Under the pieces are notes generated by a model, which was given only the letters and a program-made list of their open reading frames with translations, was not told the DNA's origin and ran no database searches. From a virus, in IMG/VR virus record IMGVR_UViG_3300031368_000001, positions 1-64,000 of that record: DNA of 64,000 nucleotides. One strand, written 5' to 3'. A program made the translations under genes and the position numbers. Below are positions 10,049-19,679 of the stretch, piece by piece; the first letter of the stretch is position 1, and each line of letters starts with the position of its first letter.

Positions 10049-10615
10049 TTATTCCACCGTCTCCATTGCATCTACCGAAAATTCAACCATCTCGTCAGTC
10101 TGATACGAAAGTACCTGATCTTCTGAGATCCGTGATGCGATTACAGGATATACAAATGAACCTATTCCCCAGGTTTTCGTTAATACTCCACCAAGAGAAA
10201 TTTGAGTCAAACTTATTCCAGAAATAGTTTGCACTTCATAAGTCCTGAAATCTGTTTTATCTATTAAGATACACTCATCTCCAATCTCAAACCTTCGGTA
10301 GATAGTAGTTTTTACTGTTAGACTATTATCTCCTATAGTACCAATAGCACTTAAAATAGCCTTGTCCGGCCAGATTGGAAATCCCCATTGATAATGAAGA
10401 TATTTGAAAAACATAGCCTCAAGCCATATCAGCTCGTTTCTGTACATCGCTATGCTTGAGTAGGCAACTCGTTTTCTTTTGGATGTGAATAGGGCAGATC
10501 TCTTTTCGCGTCCGGTGATAGCCTTCTGGATATTTGTTCGCCATGTATGGGAAACTTTAGGCCGATTAGCAGCCCAGTCAGGTGGGACTACAAAATATGC
10601 GGAAAGAATGCTCAA
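10049..10615 (-). CDS. Distal tail/tail assembly protein (D3112-like siphophage type), short
   Basis: PDW...WRTNI...GREKRSAL motif; directly follows the tape measure. Confidence 0.6.
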   Translation of the reverse strand: MSILSAYFVVPPDWAANRPKVSHTWRTNIQKAITGREKRSALFTSKRKRVAYSSIAMYRNELIWLEAMFFKYLHYQWGFPIWPDKAILSAIGTIGDNSLTVKTTIYRRFEIGDECILIDKTDFRTYEVQTISGISLTQISLGGVLTKTWGIGSFVYPVIASRISEDQVLSYQTDEMVEFSVDAMETVE

Positions 10616-11709
10616 CGTATTATTCTCCGCACTGTCTGCAACCTACTGGAAAGCACATTGATTACGGCATCCTTACCAGCAGGCGTAGCTAGATATCTAT
10701 CGAGTTCTCGGGGATCTGTAATATTGACAAAAGTAAATTCTGATTTTTGTGTACCTTCGGTTAGTCCACCAGCTGATAGATTTTCGCTAAAAGCAGGTCT
10801 TTCTAAATCTTTGGCTGACGCTTCGGCTGGTAGATTTTCGCTAAAAGCAGGTCTTTCTAAATCTTTGGCTGACTCATCGGCTGGTATATTTTCTCTTGCA
10901 TCTCCAACTGGTCCACCAGCTTGTAGATTTCTTCCAGATGGACTTGGAGATAGGTTTTCAGATGCACCCGGAGCACCTGGTAGTGTTAATCCTGAAAAGA
11001 GTTCTCTTGGAATAAGTTTTTGTCGCATTGCTTCATGCACCCGTGTACCGTAATAATTTACCGAATCTACTGGCTGCATGAATTCACCCGCTGTGCCTGC
11101 AAGAGGGATATTATCAGCAGTCTTAGTTGGTGAGTAACCCTGAACCAGGCCTCCTCTTGCCAATGTCTGAGCAGAAACTGTAGCCATCTGCGCAGCACCT
11201 TCTGCTGTAATGAGTAAAGCGAGTGGCCAATTATTTTCTCCTAAAGCCAGCATTATACCCTGGGAGGTTTTTATAATTATAGTTGCTATTGCAGCAGCCT
11301 TGGATAAAAGAAATAATGTTTTATCTTGCTTTCCTCGAGCTACATAAAAGTCCTTAAAGACAGTATCTAATCTATTCGTATAATCCCTGGCGTTATTAAG
11401 TTTATACTCCCAGGCTTTTCTATCATTTTCAGCATCTAGATTTAAAGCTTCTTGACGATGTTTTTGTGTTATGTCTCTTAGTTTTTGCTCATAATTTTCT
11501 TTTCCTTTTAGATCTGCTTTCTCTGTAGCCTGAAGTTTCCGCAAAATTTTTATTCGATCGTCAGCCCATTTTTGTGTGCCTATAAGACTTTTCTTTTCAG
11601 ACTCAGCTATAATTTCTCCATATGGATCTCCCTTCATTCGTTCTATAGCTTTTTCATAAGACTTCATTCCTTCATATGGAGTTCCTACATATGGATCTTT
11701 TTCTGCCAT
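10612..11709 (-). CDS. Short tape measure protein (C-terminal-type domain)
   Basis: Helical Ala-rich region then ARGGLVQG..TADNIP...GEF, typical of lambda-like TMP C-termini; follows the chaperone genes. Confidence 0.75.
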   Translation of the reverse strand: MAEKDPYVGTPYEGMKSYEKAIERMKGDPYGEIIAESEKKSLIGTQKWADDRIKILRKLQATEKADLKGKENYEQKLRDITQKHRQEALNLDAENDRKAWEYKLNNARDYTNRLDTVFKDFYVARGKQDKTLFLLSKAAAIATIIIKTSQGIMLALGENNWPLALLITAEGAAQMATVSAQTLARGGLVQGYSPTKTADNIPLAGTAGEFMQPVDSVNYYGTRVHEAMRQKLIPRELFSGLTLPGAPGASENLSPSPSGRNLQAGGPVGDARENIPADESAKDLERPAFSENLPAEASAKDLERPAFSENLSAGGLTEGTQKSEFTFVNITDPRELDRYLATPAGKDAVINVLSSRLQTVRRIIR

Positions 11710-11725
11710 GATTTACCTGTATTGT

Positions 11726-12142
11726 TTACCCTGTATTGTTTACTTTATACTTTCTCAACAACGCTGACTTATATCTCTCAAAAATTCTATCCGCTTTTTC
11801 TGGATCAGTATTACACACCAGAAGAAATCTTTTTCCCTCATCACGCAGGATTATGAAAGGAACAATGATATCCTCAACTCCTTCAAGAAATTTAGCAAAG
11901 ACCTGAGTTAAATTAGCTCGAAACACAAAAAAATCCTTAAGGAATTGACTTTCTTTACTCATTGCTTTTTTACTAATAATTGCTTTTTTACTACTCATTG
12001 CTTTTTTACTAATAATTGCTTTTTTACTAATAATTGCTTTTTTACTGGTAATTGCTTTTTTTTTACTGGTAATTGCTTTTTTTTTACTGATTATTCTTTC
12101 TCCCGTTATTTTCTCTACTCCCATTATTTTCTCTACTCCCAT
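11726..12142 (-). CDS. Hypothetical protein with N-terminal IISKKA repeats
   Basis: TAATG coupling to the upstream frameshift product; true start may be the internal MSKESQF. Confidence 0.5.
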   Translation of the reverse strand: MGVEKIMGVEKITGERIISKKKAITSKKKAITSKKAIISKKAIISKKAMSSKKAIISKKAMSKESQFLKDFFVFRANLTQVFAKFLEGVEDIIVPFIILRDEGKRFLLVCNTDPEKADRIFERYKSALLRKYKVNNTG

Positions 12143-12423
12143 TATTTTCTCCTGGCGATGAATTTCCTGAAATCTTCTTTTTTACCCCAGATTGCAACTC
12201 GCATTGCATCGGCAAATCTTTTCGATTCATTAAGTTCAGATTTATAAGATTCCTCAAGAGCCTTTATGAAGAAACTGAATCCGTATTCCCAGACTTCTGT
12301 GTGTCCTTTTTCGATGAGTCGGCATACATCGCGCTCAAATCTTGCAAGGCTGTTTTCTTTAACTCTTGCAGCATACCGTTTAGGTAATCGCCGATCCCGA
12401 GAGACTTGAACGCGTTGAAAAAA
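12142..12423 (-). CDS. -1 frameshift extension of tail assembly chaperone (gpT-like)
   Basis: -1 frame open from T TTT TTC (12423-12417) to TAA at 12144-12142, encoding ...LIEKGHTEVWEYGFSFFIKAL... Confidence 0.75.
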   Translation of the reverse strand, partial: FFQRVQVSRDRRLPKRYAARVKENSLARFERDVCRLIEKGHTEVWEYGFSFFIKALEESYKSELNESKRFADAMRVAIWGKKEDFRKFIARRK

Positions 12424-12662
12424 TCCGAGTTAACTTCTTTGAAAACTTTATAAAGTTCAGATAGCTCACTTGGAGTCAGAGGAATAATATCAGGAAGGGT
12501 TAGGTTGGTAAATCTGGGAAGAAAATCATAAAAGAGTTTTTTAAAATCATTTAAAAAAAAACCTCCTTCGAGATTTAATAAGTCTAAGATATCTTTGACT
12601 CGAAGTTCCTCAAAGATAATTTTTTTGTCATTGAAACTAAATTCTTTTTTTTTTCTGCTCAT
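12264..12662 (-). CDS. Tail assembly chaperone (gpG-like)
   Basis: ELRVKDI...EVNSDFF; lies between tail tube and tape measure. Confidence 0.75.
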   Translation of the reverse strand: MSRKKKEFSFNDKKIIFEELRVKDILDLLNLEGGFFLNDFKKLFYDFLPRFTNLTLPDIIPLTPSELSELYKVFKEVNSDFFNAFKSLGIGDYLNGMLQELKKTALQDLSAMYADSSKKDTQKSGNTDSVSS

Positions 12663-12745
12663 GTTAGTCTCCTGATGTTAGTCTGCTCATGTTAGTCTCC
12701 TGATGTTAGTCTGCTGATGTTAATCTCCTAATATTAGTCTCCTGA
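12656..12745. repeat. 14-bp imperfect tandem repeat x~6 at the chaperone start
   Basis: atgttagtctcctg / atgttagtctgctc units. Confidence 0.85.
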
Positions 12746-12779
12746 ATAAATTATTAAGTATAGCTACTAGTCACAGCTC

Positions 12780-13799
12780 TTAGGCATAAATTCTTTGCCT
12801 GAAATAGGGATACTCAGTGCTGGAATTGGGTCCATCTGCCAGTGGCGTAAATGTCAAAGCCATCTCAGCATCATCATCACTTTCTGAAATTATTTTCTTG
12901 GTGGCATCGGCCTTAACTGCACATTTCCAAAAAGTCCACTCAATTTTTTTTCCATACTCATTTTGTGGTAGAATATGAATTTCATAGTGGTCAACGGCAG
13001 AATCACTTTCCTGGATAACAACATCTGAGATAGCAGCATAATCGTAGATAGCCTGCAAAGCAGGATCACCCACAGCGATAGTCACTCCAGAATAGATGAA
13101 TATTGTGCCAGATTTTTCGTGTATGCCATAGTCTGTATTCAGCGTATATTTCTTATCTTTTACATTATTCAGCAAGACTATATCATTGAGGATTGATTGG
13201 GTACCATTGACTACTGCAGCCCCCGCTACGCCATCAGTGATAGCTTCATCATTTACAAAGGTACCGGTCACTCCTACCAGATAAAGAGTTCCAGATTCCA
13301 CAGTCCCATCTACAAATGCAATGTGCCCCGTGGCTCCGCCAGCGCCTGTCACTGTATCACCATTCGCAAAAGCTCCGGTTCCACCATCGTAAAGAAGCTT
13401 TACACAAGTCACTCCCTTTTTGGCGAGTGCAAATGCTCTATCCAAAGCAGAAGGTACAGTAACACTTTCAGGGGCAGCAAAGGTGTAATTATCTCCAGCC
13501 TGAGTGTAGAGCGCTTTAACGCCATTAAATAAAATCGCAAAGTTATCGCCATTCTCCGAGATGATGGTTATCGGGATCGAGTAATCAGTCTGAACTATCC
13601 GTTCATAGATTTTTTTCTTAGTACCATCACGGGGCGAATATCTGTTTTTAACGGTGTCTGCAATTTTAAGCTCTGTCTCCATACAATAACCTAGATCGAT
13701 TCCTTCATTGACTACTGCGTTATTAATGATAGGATATGCTATAACAATGCCCTTCGGGACGGTGACATCGTCAATGGTTTGAATACCTTGTATTGCCAT
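12780..13799 (-). CDS. Major tail tube protein with inserted beta domain
   Basis: DLGYC...YS motif, acidic beta-rich 339 aa, position before chaperone; RBS AGGAGGAGG. Confidence 0.7.
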   Translation of the reverse strand: MAIQGIQTIDDVTVPKGIVIAYPIINNAVVNEGIDLGYCMETELKIADTVKNRYSPRDGTKKKIYERIVQTDYSIPITIISENGDNFAILFNGVKALYTQAGDNYTFAAPESVTVPSALDRAFALAKKGVTCVKLLYDGGTGAFANGDTVTGAGGATGHIAFVDGTVESGTLYLVGVTGTFVNDEAITDGVAGAAVVNGTQSILNDIVLLNNVKDKKYTLNTDYGIHEKSGTIFIYSGVTIAVGDPALQAIYDYAAISDVVIQESDSAVDHYEIHILPQNEYGKKIEWTFWKCAVKADATKKIISESDDDAEMALTFTPLADGPNSSTEYPYFRQRIYA

Positions 13800-13823
13800 G
13801 AGTTTATACCTCCTCCTAAAAAA

Positions 13824-14297
13824 TTAATACCAGCCAACATCACGATGATAAAATTCACCATAATGTCCGAGATAAGGATATCTAAAAGGACAAACTTGCT
13901 TTTCTCCAGCAATTATCTTTTCAGCATCACGAGGCCAGCCTTTTTTTATAATGTCTTTATGTCTTTTAGTAAGATCCTTTTTCGCAGCTGCTCTAACTAA
14001 AACATCTTCGATTTCAATGGCACTTGCATCATAATCTCGAATGAGTTTTCTTGCAGGTCCAAGAAATTCTTTTTCAACAGCTGATTCTGGTACTTTAGGC
14101 CACCAAGATGGAATTTGTCCTGAAGTTTTTAAGCCTAGTTCCATTTCAGCTTTTGCTACTTTTTTATTTATTAGAGTATCAGTTTCTTTTTCCATTTGTT
14201 TTTTCTGTTTTTCTGTTGGTTTCTTCATTATAGTCAATCCTGCAAATTTTTCACTCCCAGTCGTTATATCTTCGCTAAATGGTTTTATTTTATCCAT
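13824..14297 (-). CDS. Tagged-family protein (orphan copy)
   Basis: N-terminal KPFSEDITTG, C-terminal YGEFYHRDVGWY. Confidence 0.85.
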   Translation of the reverse strand: MDKIKPFSEDITTGSEKFAGLTIMKKPTEKQKKQMEKETDTLINKKVAKAEMELGLKTSGQIPSWWPKVPESAVEKEFLGPARKLIRDYDASAIEIEDVLVRAAAKKDLTKRHKDIIKKGWPRDAEKIIAGEKQVCPFRYPYLGHYGEFYHRDVGWY

Positions 14298-14318
14298 GAT
14301 TATCTCCTTGAAAAATTT

Positions 14319-14786
14319 TTACCTATTAGCTAAAAAGCTTCCCGATGTTCTCGCAGAAGCTCTTCCTACCAATGTATACTCATAATCCTGTCCATAAATA
14401 GTTAAGTTTTTATCATGATAAATCATAGTTTCGCTTAAAAGATCCAGATAATAAAAAGTTCCTGTCACGGAAAGCTTAACATGATCAAGCACACCAGGAA
14501 CATCTTCCAATAAACTATAAGCATCAATCCGTGCTGCTGTAACACTTCTAAGGTTTTTAGCACCAAGAAAAATGGTTAGTCTTCTGGTCCCGGTAAGAGC
14601 CTGATTTACGCGTGAAAAAGAACCTCCGCCATAAAGAATCAGGGCACAGGGTAGAATATATCGAAGTCCGGATAGGCCTTCTGCATCAAAATCTCCCTGA
14701 TATCTTTTAACCGTATTAATAGAAGGGAGTTCAGCTTTGATTAAAGCTATTACAGCATCTTCAAGTTCTTCTATTTTTGTAGTCAT
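14319..14786 (-). CDS. Mu gp37-like (DUF1834) tail terminator/completion protein
   Basis: IEELEDAVI...VKRYQGDF...PCALILY...AYSLLE pattern; follows gp36-like gene. Confidence 0.7.
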   Translation of the reverse strand: MTTKIEELEDAVIALIKAELPSINTVKRYQGDFDAEGLSGLRYILPCALILYGGGSFSRVNQALTGTRRLTIFLGAKNLRSVTAARIDAYSLLEDVPGVLDHVKLSVTGTFYYLDLLSETMIYHDKNLTIYGQDYEYTLVGRASARTSGSFLANR

Positions 14787-14806
14787 CTAAATTTTACTCT
14801 CCAATT

Positions 14807-15274
14807 TTACCAATCGTCAAGTGAACCCCCCTCAAGGTCCCATTGACCCATCATATCACCTAACAAATTACCATCTACGTCAACTTTTCCTCTAGTAAAT
14901 TCTGGCTTCACATCTATAGCAGCTGAATCAGGTCCAACCTCAGCAATATCAAGCTGGATGTCTCCATCACGAATAGCTTTTAATTTTTCAACGGCGGCAA
15001 GATATCGTACTAAACGATCTGCTGGGGGACTCTCTCGTCTGGAATAAAGATTATAGATAGCAATATCCACTGACATTTTTCTTACTTCATTGGTAACTGT
15101 AAGTGGAACTATATACTTTTTACGACAGTATATATCTATCTCGCTATCTGCATCTTCGATAGCTCTTGTGATTACAGTTTCGACAATGCTTCCAGTAGCT
15201 AAATCATCTGTGAGTTCAACAAGATGGGATAGCTGAATAGAATTTTCTAAATCAGCTTGTATGGAGTAGGCCAT
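14807..15274 (-). CDS. Mu gp36-like (DUF1320) head-tail adaptor
   Basis: MAYSIQADL...AIEDADSEIDIY...DIAIYNLY...RY..A...L..IRDG. Confidence 0.85.
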   Translation of the reverse strand: MAYSIQADLENSIQLSHLVELTDDLATGSIVETVITRAIEDADSEIDIYCRKKYIVPLTVTNEVRKMSVDIAIYNLYSRRESPPADRLVRYLAAVEKLKAIRDGDIQLDIAEVGPDSAAIDVKPEFTRGKVDVDGNLLGDMMGQWDLEGGSLDDW

Positions 15275-15582
15275 AGAATTCTCCTATTTATTCATATAAA
15301 GTGTGATTAGATCTCCAATATTCTTAGGTTTTTGAACTAAGATTATCTTTGATTTACTTTTATTATTTTCAGAGATCGAGGTAAGAGCTAAAGTTCTTTT
15401 TTTAAAAATTTTATGAAGAAATCTTTTGAACATTCACAAACCTCCTTAAATTATTTAACACAAAAGATAGAAGAAAAGTCAAGGTTTATTCCTGGTGAGA
15501 AATCCTCAGCTTCAAAAAAAAATCCTCAGCTTCACATAAAAACTATGTGGAAACCAAGGATTGAATTAATTTATAAAGATTG

Positions 15583-16779
15583 TTATACAGTTCCTGACGA
15601 ACTGCTTGAAGATTCAGAACTACTTGAAGATTCAGAACTTGAACTAGATTCAGATGAACTGCTTGAAGATTCAGAACTTGAACTAGACTCAGATGAGCTG
15701 CTTGATGATTCAGAACTTGAGCTTGATGAAGACTCTGAGCTGCTTGATGATTCAGAAGAGCTGCTTGATGATTCAGAAGAGCTGCTTGATGATTCAGAAC
15801 TTGAAGATGAAGATTCTGAAGATGAGCTGCTTGATGATTCAGAACTGGAGCTTGATTCAGATGAGCTGCTTGATGATTCAGAACTGGAGCTTGATTCAGA
15901 TGAGCTGCTTGATGATTCAGAACTGGAGCTTGATGATTCAGATGAGCTGCTTGATGATTCAGAACTTGAACTAGATTCAGATGAGCTGCTTGATGATTCA
16001 GAACTGGAGCTTGATGATTCAGATGAGCTGCTTGATGATTCAGAACTTGAGCTTGATTCAGACGAGCTGCTTGATGAAGACTCTGATGATGAGCTACTTG
16101 ATGATTCTGAACTGCTGCTTGATTCAGACGAACTACTTGATGATTCAGAACTGGAGCTTGATTCAGACGAACTACTTGATGATTCAGAACTGGAACTTGA
16201 TTCAGATGAGCTACTTGATGAAGATTCTGATGATGAACTGCTTGATGATTCAGATGAACTGCTTGATGATTCAGATGAGCTGCTTGATTCAGATGAGCTG
16301 CTTGATTCAGAAGAGCTACTTGATGACTCAGAACTTGATGAAGAAAGAGGTTCAGTGAAGGCCATTCTCACGAATTTTCCACTAGCAAAGAAGTATTGTA
16401 TGGCTACATCCCCTCCAGTTTCATTTTTCGCTGAAAATTTATCTACAACAAGATCGCCAAGCTCATTATTCCAGACAGTTCCAAGTTCAGCAATATTCCA
16501 TGCAATATCAGGCCCATTATTAAATTTAAGAGTAAGATTTCCATCAGACAGTATAAAACCAACAGTAGCAGGAGTATTATATCCAAGCTCGATTGAATGT
16601 CCAGCAGCAGCAGTCCATGTAGCTTCATGTTTGAGTCTTAACAATCCTCCAACATCTAAAGAGAAAGTAGTACCTGTTGATATCACTACATTTGCAGACA
16701 GATATTCTGTAGGAAAAGAATCAGAAAAGAGCTGAGCTAAAAGCTGCTCTGGGAGCAGAGTTTTCATCTTTGAGGGCAT
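15583..16779 (-). CDS. Protein with ~140-aa N-terminal domain and ~250-aa Ser/Glu tail
   Basis: RBS AGGAG; SSSE repeats to the C-terminus. Confidence 0.8.
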   Translation of the reverse strand: MPSKMKTLLPEQLLAQLFSDSFPTEYLSANVVISTGTTFSLDVGGLLRLKHEATWTAAAGHSIELGYNTPATVGFILSDGNLTLKFNNGPDIAWNIAELGTVWNNELGDLVVDKFSAKNETGGDVAIQYFFASGKFVRMAFTEPLSSSSSESSSSSSESSSSSESSSSSESSSSSSESSSSSSSESSSSSSSESSSSSESSSSSSESSSSSESSSSSSESSSSSESSSSSSSESSSSSSSESSSSSESSSSSSESSSSSSESSSSSSESSSSSESSSSSSESSSSSSESSSSSSESSSSSESSSSSSESSSSSESSSSSSSESSSSSSESSSSSSESSSSSSESSSSSESSSSSSSESSSSSSESSSSSESSSSSSESSSSSESSSSSESSSSSSGTV

Positions 16780-16830
16780 TAGTTATCGTTACTCCTGGTA
16801 AAAAAAAGACCATCACTGATTTAAATGTGC

Positions 16831-17100
16831 CTAATCTGGCGGACCATCGCTCCAAGTATCTTGAGACGAGTATGTGCCAGAAATACCTCGATTAGTATTA
16901 CGACTTACACTTCGTCCTCGACTTACACTTCGTCCTTGACCTAGTCCGCCTCTGAGAGGACCAACTCCTAAACCCCGATTATCACGACCTCTGTTAACAT
17001 TAGGATTTAGATAGCCTGGATGATCATAGCCTGCACAATAACCTGCCTGCCTGCCTGTTTTTTTGCCTGCCCCTCGCGGGCCAGTTCTATCACCTAACAT
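16831..17100 (-). CDS. DUF5320-like Gly/Arg-rich protein
   Basis: GDRTGPRGAGKKTGRQAGYCAGY motif; RBS AGGAG. Confidence 0.7.
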   Translation of the reverse strand: MLGDRTGPRGAGKKTGRQAGYCAGYDHPGYLNPNVNRGRDNRGLGVGPLRGGLGQGRSVSRGRSVSRNTNRGISGTYSSQDTWSDGPPD

Positions 17101-17113
17101 GGTTTAGTCTCCT

Positions 17114-18064
17114 TTACTTATACGCCACAAAAGCCAACCCATCGTAAGTACTATTGTCTGACATACCAACAATGAAATCATTTGTAGCTTCGTAGTGTGT
17201 AAAATAATTTGTGTGTTCAACGCCCTGGATAGCTACATTATCTGTTCCAAATGCTTCAATGGACATAATGACACTTAAAACACCATCTGATACTATATTT
17301 ACTGCAAGGGCTTCTTCGTCAGCTACAGCCCACTTGTACATTGCATCTAAGTAAATAGTAAATGCTCCATGATTTGTTGCACCGGCAGTAGATAATAGTA
17401 TATTCAGATCGCTAACATCATCCCCATTTCCAGCAGCTAATGAAGAAATATCAATTTCAACCCATGTCCATTTTTTTGCAGATACTGCCGGAAGATTAAA
17501 ATTTGTGAGAACTGGTCCAGTATCAACTGTTTGAACATATAAATCACCAGCAGCTAACCTATCGGTAGAATAAATCCAGAATCCAATACTATCATCAACT
17601 TCTAAATCATCATTAGCTCCGATGGTCCCGATAGCGCCATTACCTGCAACGGCAGCAGATGTAAAAGCAACTTTTAATGAATTAGCGCCTGCACGATAAA
17701 TATCTGTATCCGCTGTAAGCGTTACCGGAGTTCCAACATTAGTCCATTCACCAGTGGGAGAATCATCCAGGTATACTCTAGTTTCACCACTAGCATCACT
17801 CGCATCCGTCAGTGTCCCAAGAGCTACCAACTTAAGTTTTGGCAGTCCTGTAATTGATGTTGTAGTTCCTTGATTTCCGCTGGGATGATCTGCTACGTAG
17901 ATATTGCCTTTAACTAATACATTTCCAGGAAATATCTTAGAATAAACAACCTCACCTGTAGCAGTATTGAGGAAAAACACCATCGCAACAAACAAAACAG
18001 AAATTGCTGACATCGATATAAGGAGAGTTTTCCAGTGAAAAATTTTCTTAAACATTTTAAACAC
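17114..18064 (-). CDS. Signal/TM-anchored protein with carbohydrate-binding-like beta sandwich
   Basis: GTG start with GGAGG; hydrophobic N-terminus; IGFWIY...KWTWVEIDIS...IYLD. Confidence 0.6.
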   Translation of the reverse strand: MFKMFKKIFHWKTLLISMSAISVLFVAMVFFLNTATGEVVYSKIFPGNVLVKGNIYVADHPSGNQGTTTSITGLPKLKLVALGTLTDASDASGETRVYLDDSPTGEWTNVGTPVTLTADTDIYRAGANSLKVAFTSAAVAGNGAIGTIGANDDLEVDDSIGFWIYSTDRLAAGDLYVQTVDTGPVLTNFNLPAVSAKKWTWVEIDISSLAAGNGDDVSDLNILLSTAGATNHGAFTIYLDAMYKWAVADEEALAVNIVSDGVLSVIMSIEAFGTDNVAIQGVEHTNYFTHYEATNDFIVGMSDNSTYDGLAFVAYK

Positions 18065-18132
18065 CTCCAGTTAAAGAAATTACATTTCCAGTTAAAGAAA
18101 AGTTAAAAATTATCAGCTTAATCCAGTACTCA

Positions 18133-18492
18133 TTACTCAAATCCGGTAAGTTCTTTAACACGCCTTTCAATAAACTTGGTAATTGAGACTCTCGGAAATT
18201 CTTCAGCATTTGCCTGATCCAGATATTTTTCAAGCATATCTACATGAGGTTCTGCCTCAAGAAATTCCTTTGCTTCAGCTACTGTCATTTGAGAAAGATC
18301 TGCAATTACAGGAATCTCATTACCAGCCGGCTTGCTTGGTCTCTCCTTGCTTTTTTTAATAGCACCATTTTCAAGAAGAGTATTTCTATCAGCTGGCTTA
18401 AAAAAATCTTTTTCAACAATCTGTCCTACCACCAGCTGATAGCTCTTACCATTTTTTCCGTACTTTACCTGACGAACAAGTTCAAAGCTCAT
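18133..18492 (-). CDS. Small head-associated protein after the capsid gene (HeH/Rho-N-like C-terminus)
   Basis: DLSQMTVAEAKEFL...PRVSI; position; RBS GAGG. Confidence 0.55.
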   Translation of the reverse strand: MSFELVRQVKYGKNGKSYQLVVGQIVEKDFFKPADRNTLLENGAIKKSKERPSKPAGNEIPVIADLSQMTVAEAKEFLEAEPHVDMLEKYLDQANAEEFPRVSITKFIERRVKELTGFE

Positions 18493-18588
18493 ATAACCTC
18501 CTTTTTTTTAGAGACTGAGAAAACTTTTTTTTCGTAAGACTAAGAAAACTCAGTGAGCTTTGATTAATCAACGTAATTACTTGAAATA

Positions 18589-19542
18589 TTACGCTATTAC
18601 GGTTTGAAATAAATACCCGGCGGTGGAACACACGCACTTCTCATCTGAAATTTGATGCTGAATACGGATTACATCAGACTTCTTTGGTTTATCCTCGTAT
18701 GTTTCAGCCTGTAAACCTGCACTCTTTAGAGTGTAAGCAAAACTCATCGTTTTCTTAGACGGTCTTGGATTGACTATTCCAACCCATACATTCTTTCCCC
18801 AGACACGTGAAATTGCTTCTGCAACACCAGGCATAGTGGTAATTTCTCTGGCACCTGGAAACACTGCATTAAGACCAAACAGCCTTCTTGGAAAACCATC
18901 GTCGGTTAATTGCCGGGAATCTTGTTCTCTCATTAAGGCACGAATAGCAGGATGTCGTCTGACTGTTCTCCAAACGGTAACAGGAATAGCAATCGTATTT
19001 GGCTCAGCAGCATTCAGGGATACTTTTTCCCTTGCATCCTCAATATCCCCTTCAGGATCAGAGTTTACAAAATCATCCCACATATTTCCACCGGCAAGGG
19101 CATTGATGTAAGTACCATCAAAGTACACACCATTTGCTACTGCTACATTTGTAAACATGTCTGCAATTCGGACTTCATAGTTAAGCAATAAGAGCTCAAG
19201 AGTGATTTCCTGAGTAGTGACTGCAAGATCCATATACTTCTTCCACTTTTTAAACTCGCGCCAGTCAATTGCTTTTTCCAGCGTATGCTCTTCGCAGTGA
19301 TAACTATCGGTCGATGTTTTCCAATCGAACGTGGTTGCCCTTGCACCCAGTGCTCTGATATCATCATAAGAACTGTTAAGATTGGTCTTATCAAAAATAA
19401 AATAAGTTCCATCTTCTTCACCCTCAGGGACGTCTACATAAGGAGCAAGCTTTGATGCAACCAGTCCATTCTGCGGGTAAGCAATGGCCATTTTTGTTAA
19501 GACCGGGTTGATCAAAACCTGATCTGTTTTGGTAATAAACAT
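18589..19542 (-). CDS. Major capsid protein (HK97 fold, Phage_cap_E-like)
   Basis: NPVLTKMAIAY...LAPYVDV...W...SDP..DI...PN...HP...AGYLF; RBS GGAGGTG. Confidence 0.9.
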   Translation of the reverse strand: MFITKTDQVLINPVLTKMAIAYPQNGLVASKLAPYVDVPEGEEDGTYFIFDKTNLNSSYDDIRALGARATTFDWKTSTDSYHCEEHTLEKAIDWREFKKWKKYMDLAVTTQEITLELLLLNYEVRIADMFTNVAVANGVYFDGTYINALAGGNMWDDFVNSDPEGDIEDAREKVSLNAAEPNTIAIPVTVWRTVRRHPAIRALMREQDSRQLTDDGFPRRLFGLNAVFPGAREITTMPGVAEAISRVWGKNVWVGIVNPRPSKKTMSFAYTLKSAGLQAETYEDKPKKSDVIRIQHQISDEKCVCSTAGYLFQTVIA

Positions 19543-19679
19543 GATAAGTCACCTCCGTAACATTAAAACTGTTACAATTAATTAATAGGTTTCTCACAAT
19601 CAACATCATGGATGTGATTATGACACTAAACCTCATAGAGGCAACTTAAGCATTACTTAAGTTAAAGAAATTTTTAAAA

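Noticed and set aside
15551-15566. AAACCAAGGATTGAAT as a second solitary CRISPR repeat
   Set aside because: Only a partial match, lacks the GAAAC end and has no clear promoter
15413-16735. 440-aa plus-strand ELELDS ORF, and similar ORFs at 791, 6234, 6937, 7195, 7651, 15693 and 15981
   Set aside because: Antisense or alternate-frame shadows of Ser-codon repeats; no RBS and mostly opposite to operon direction
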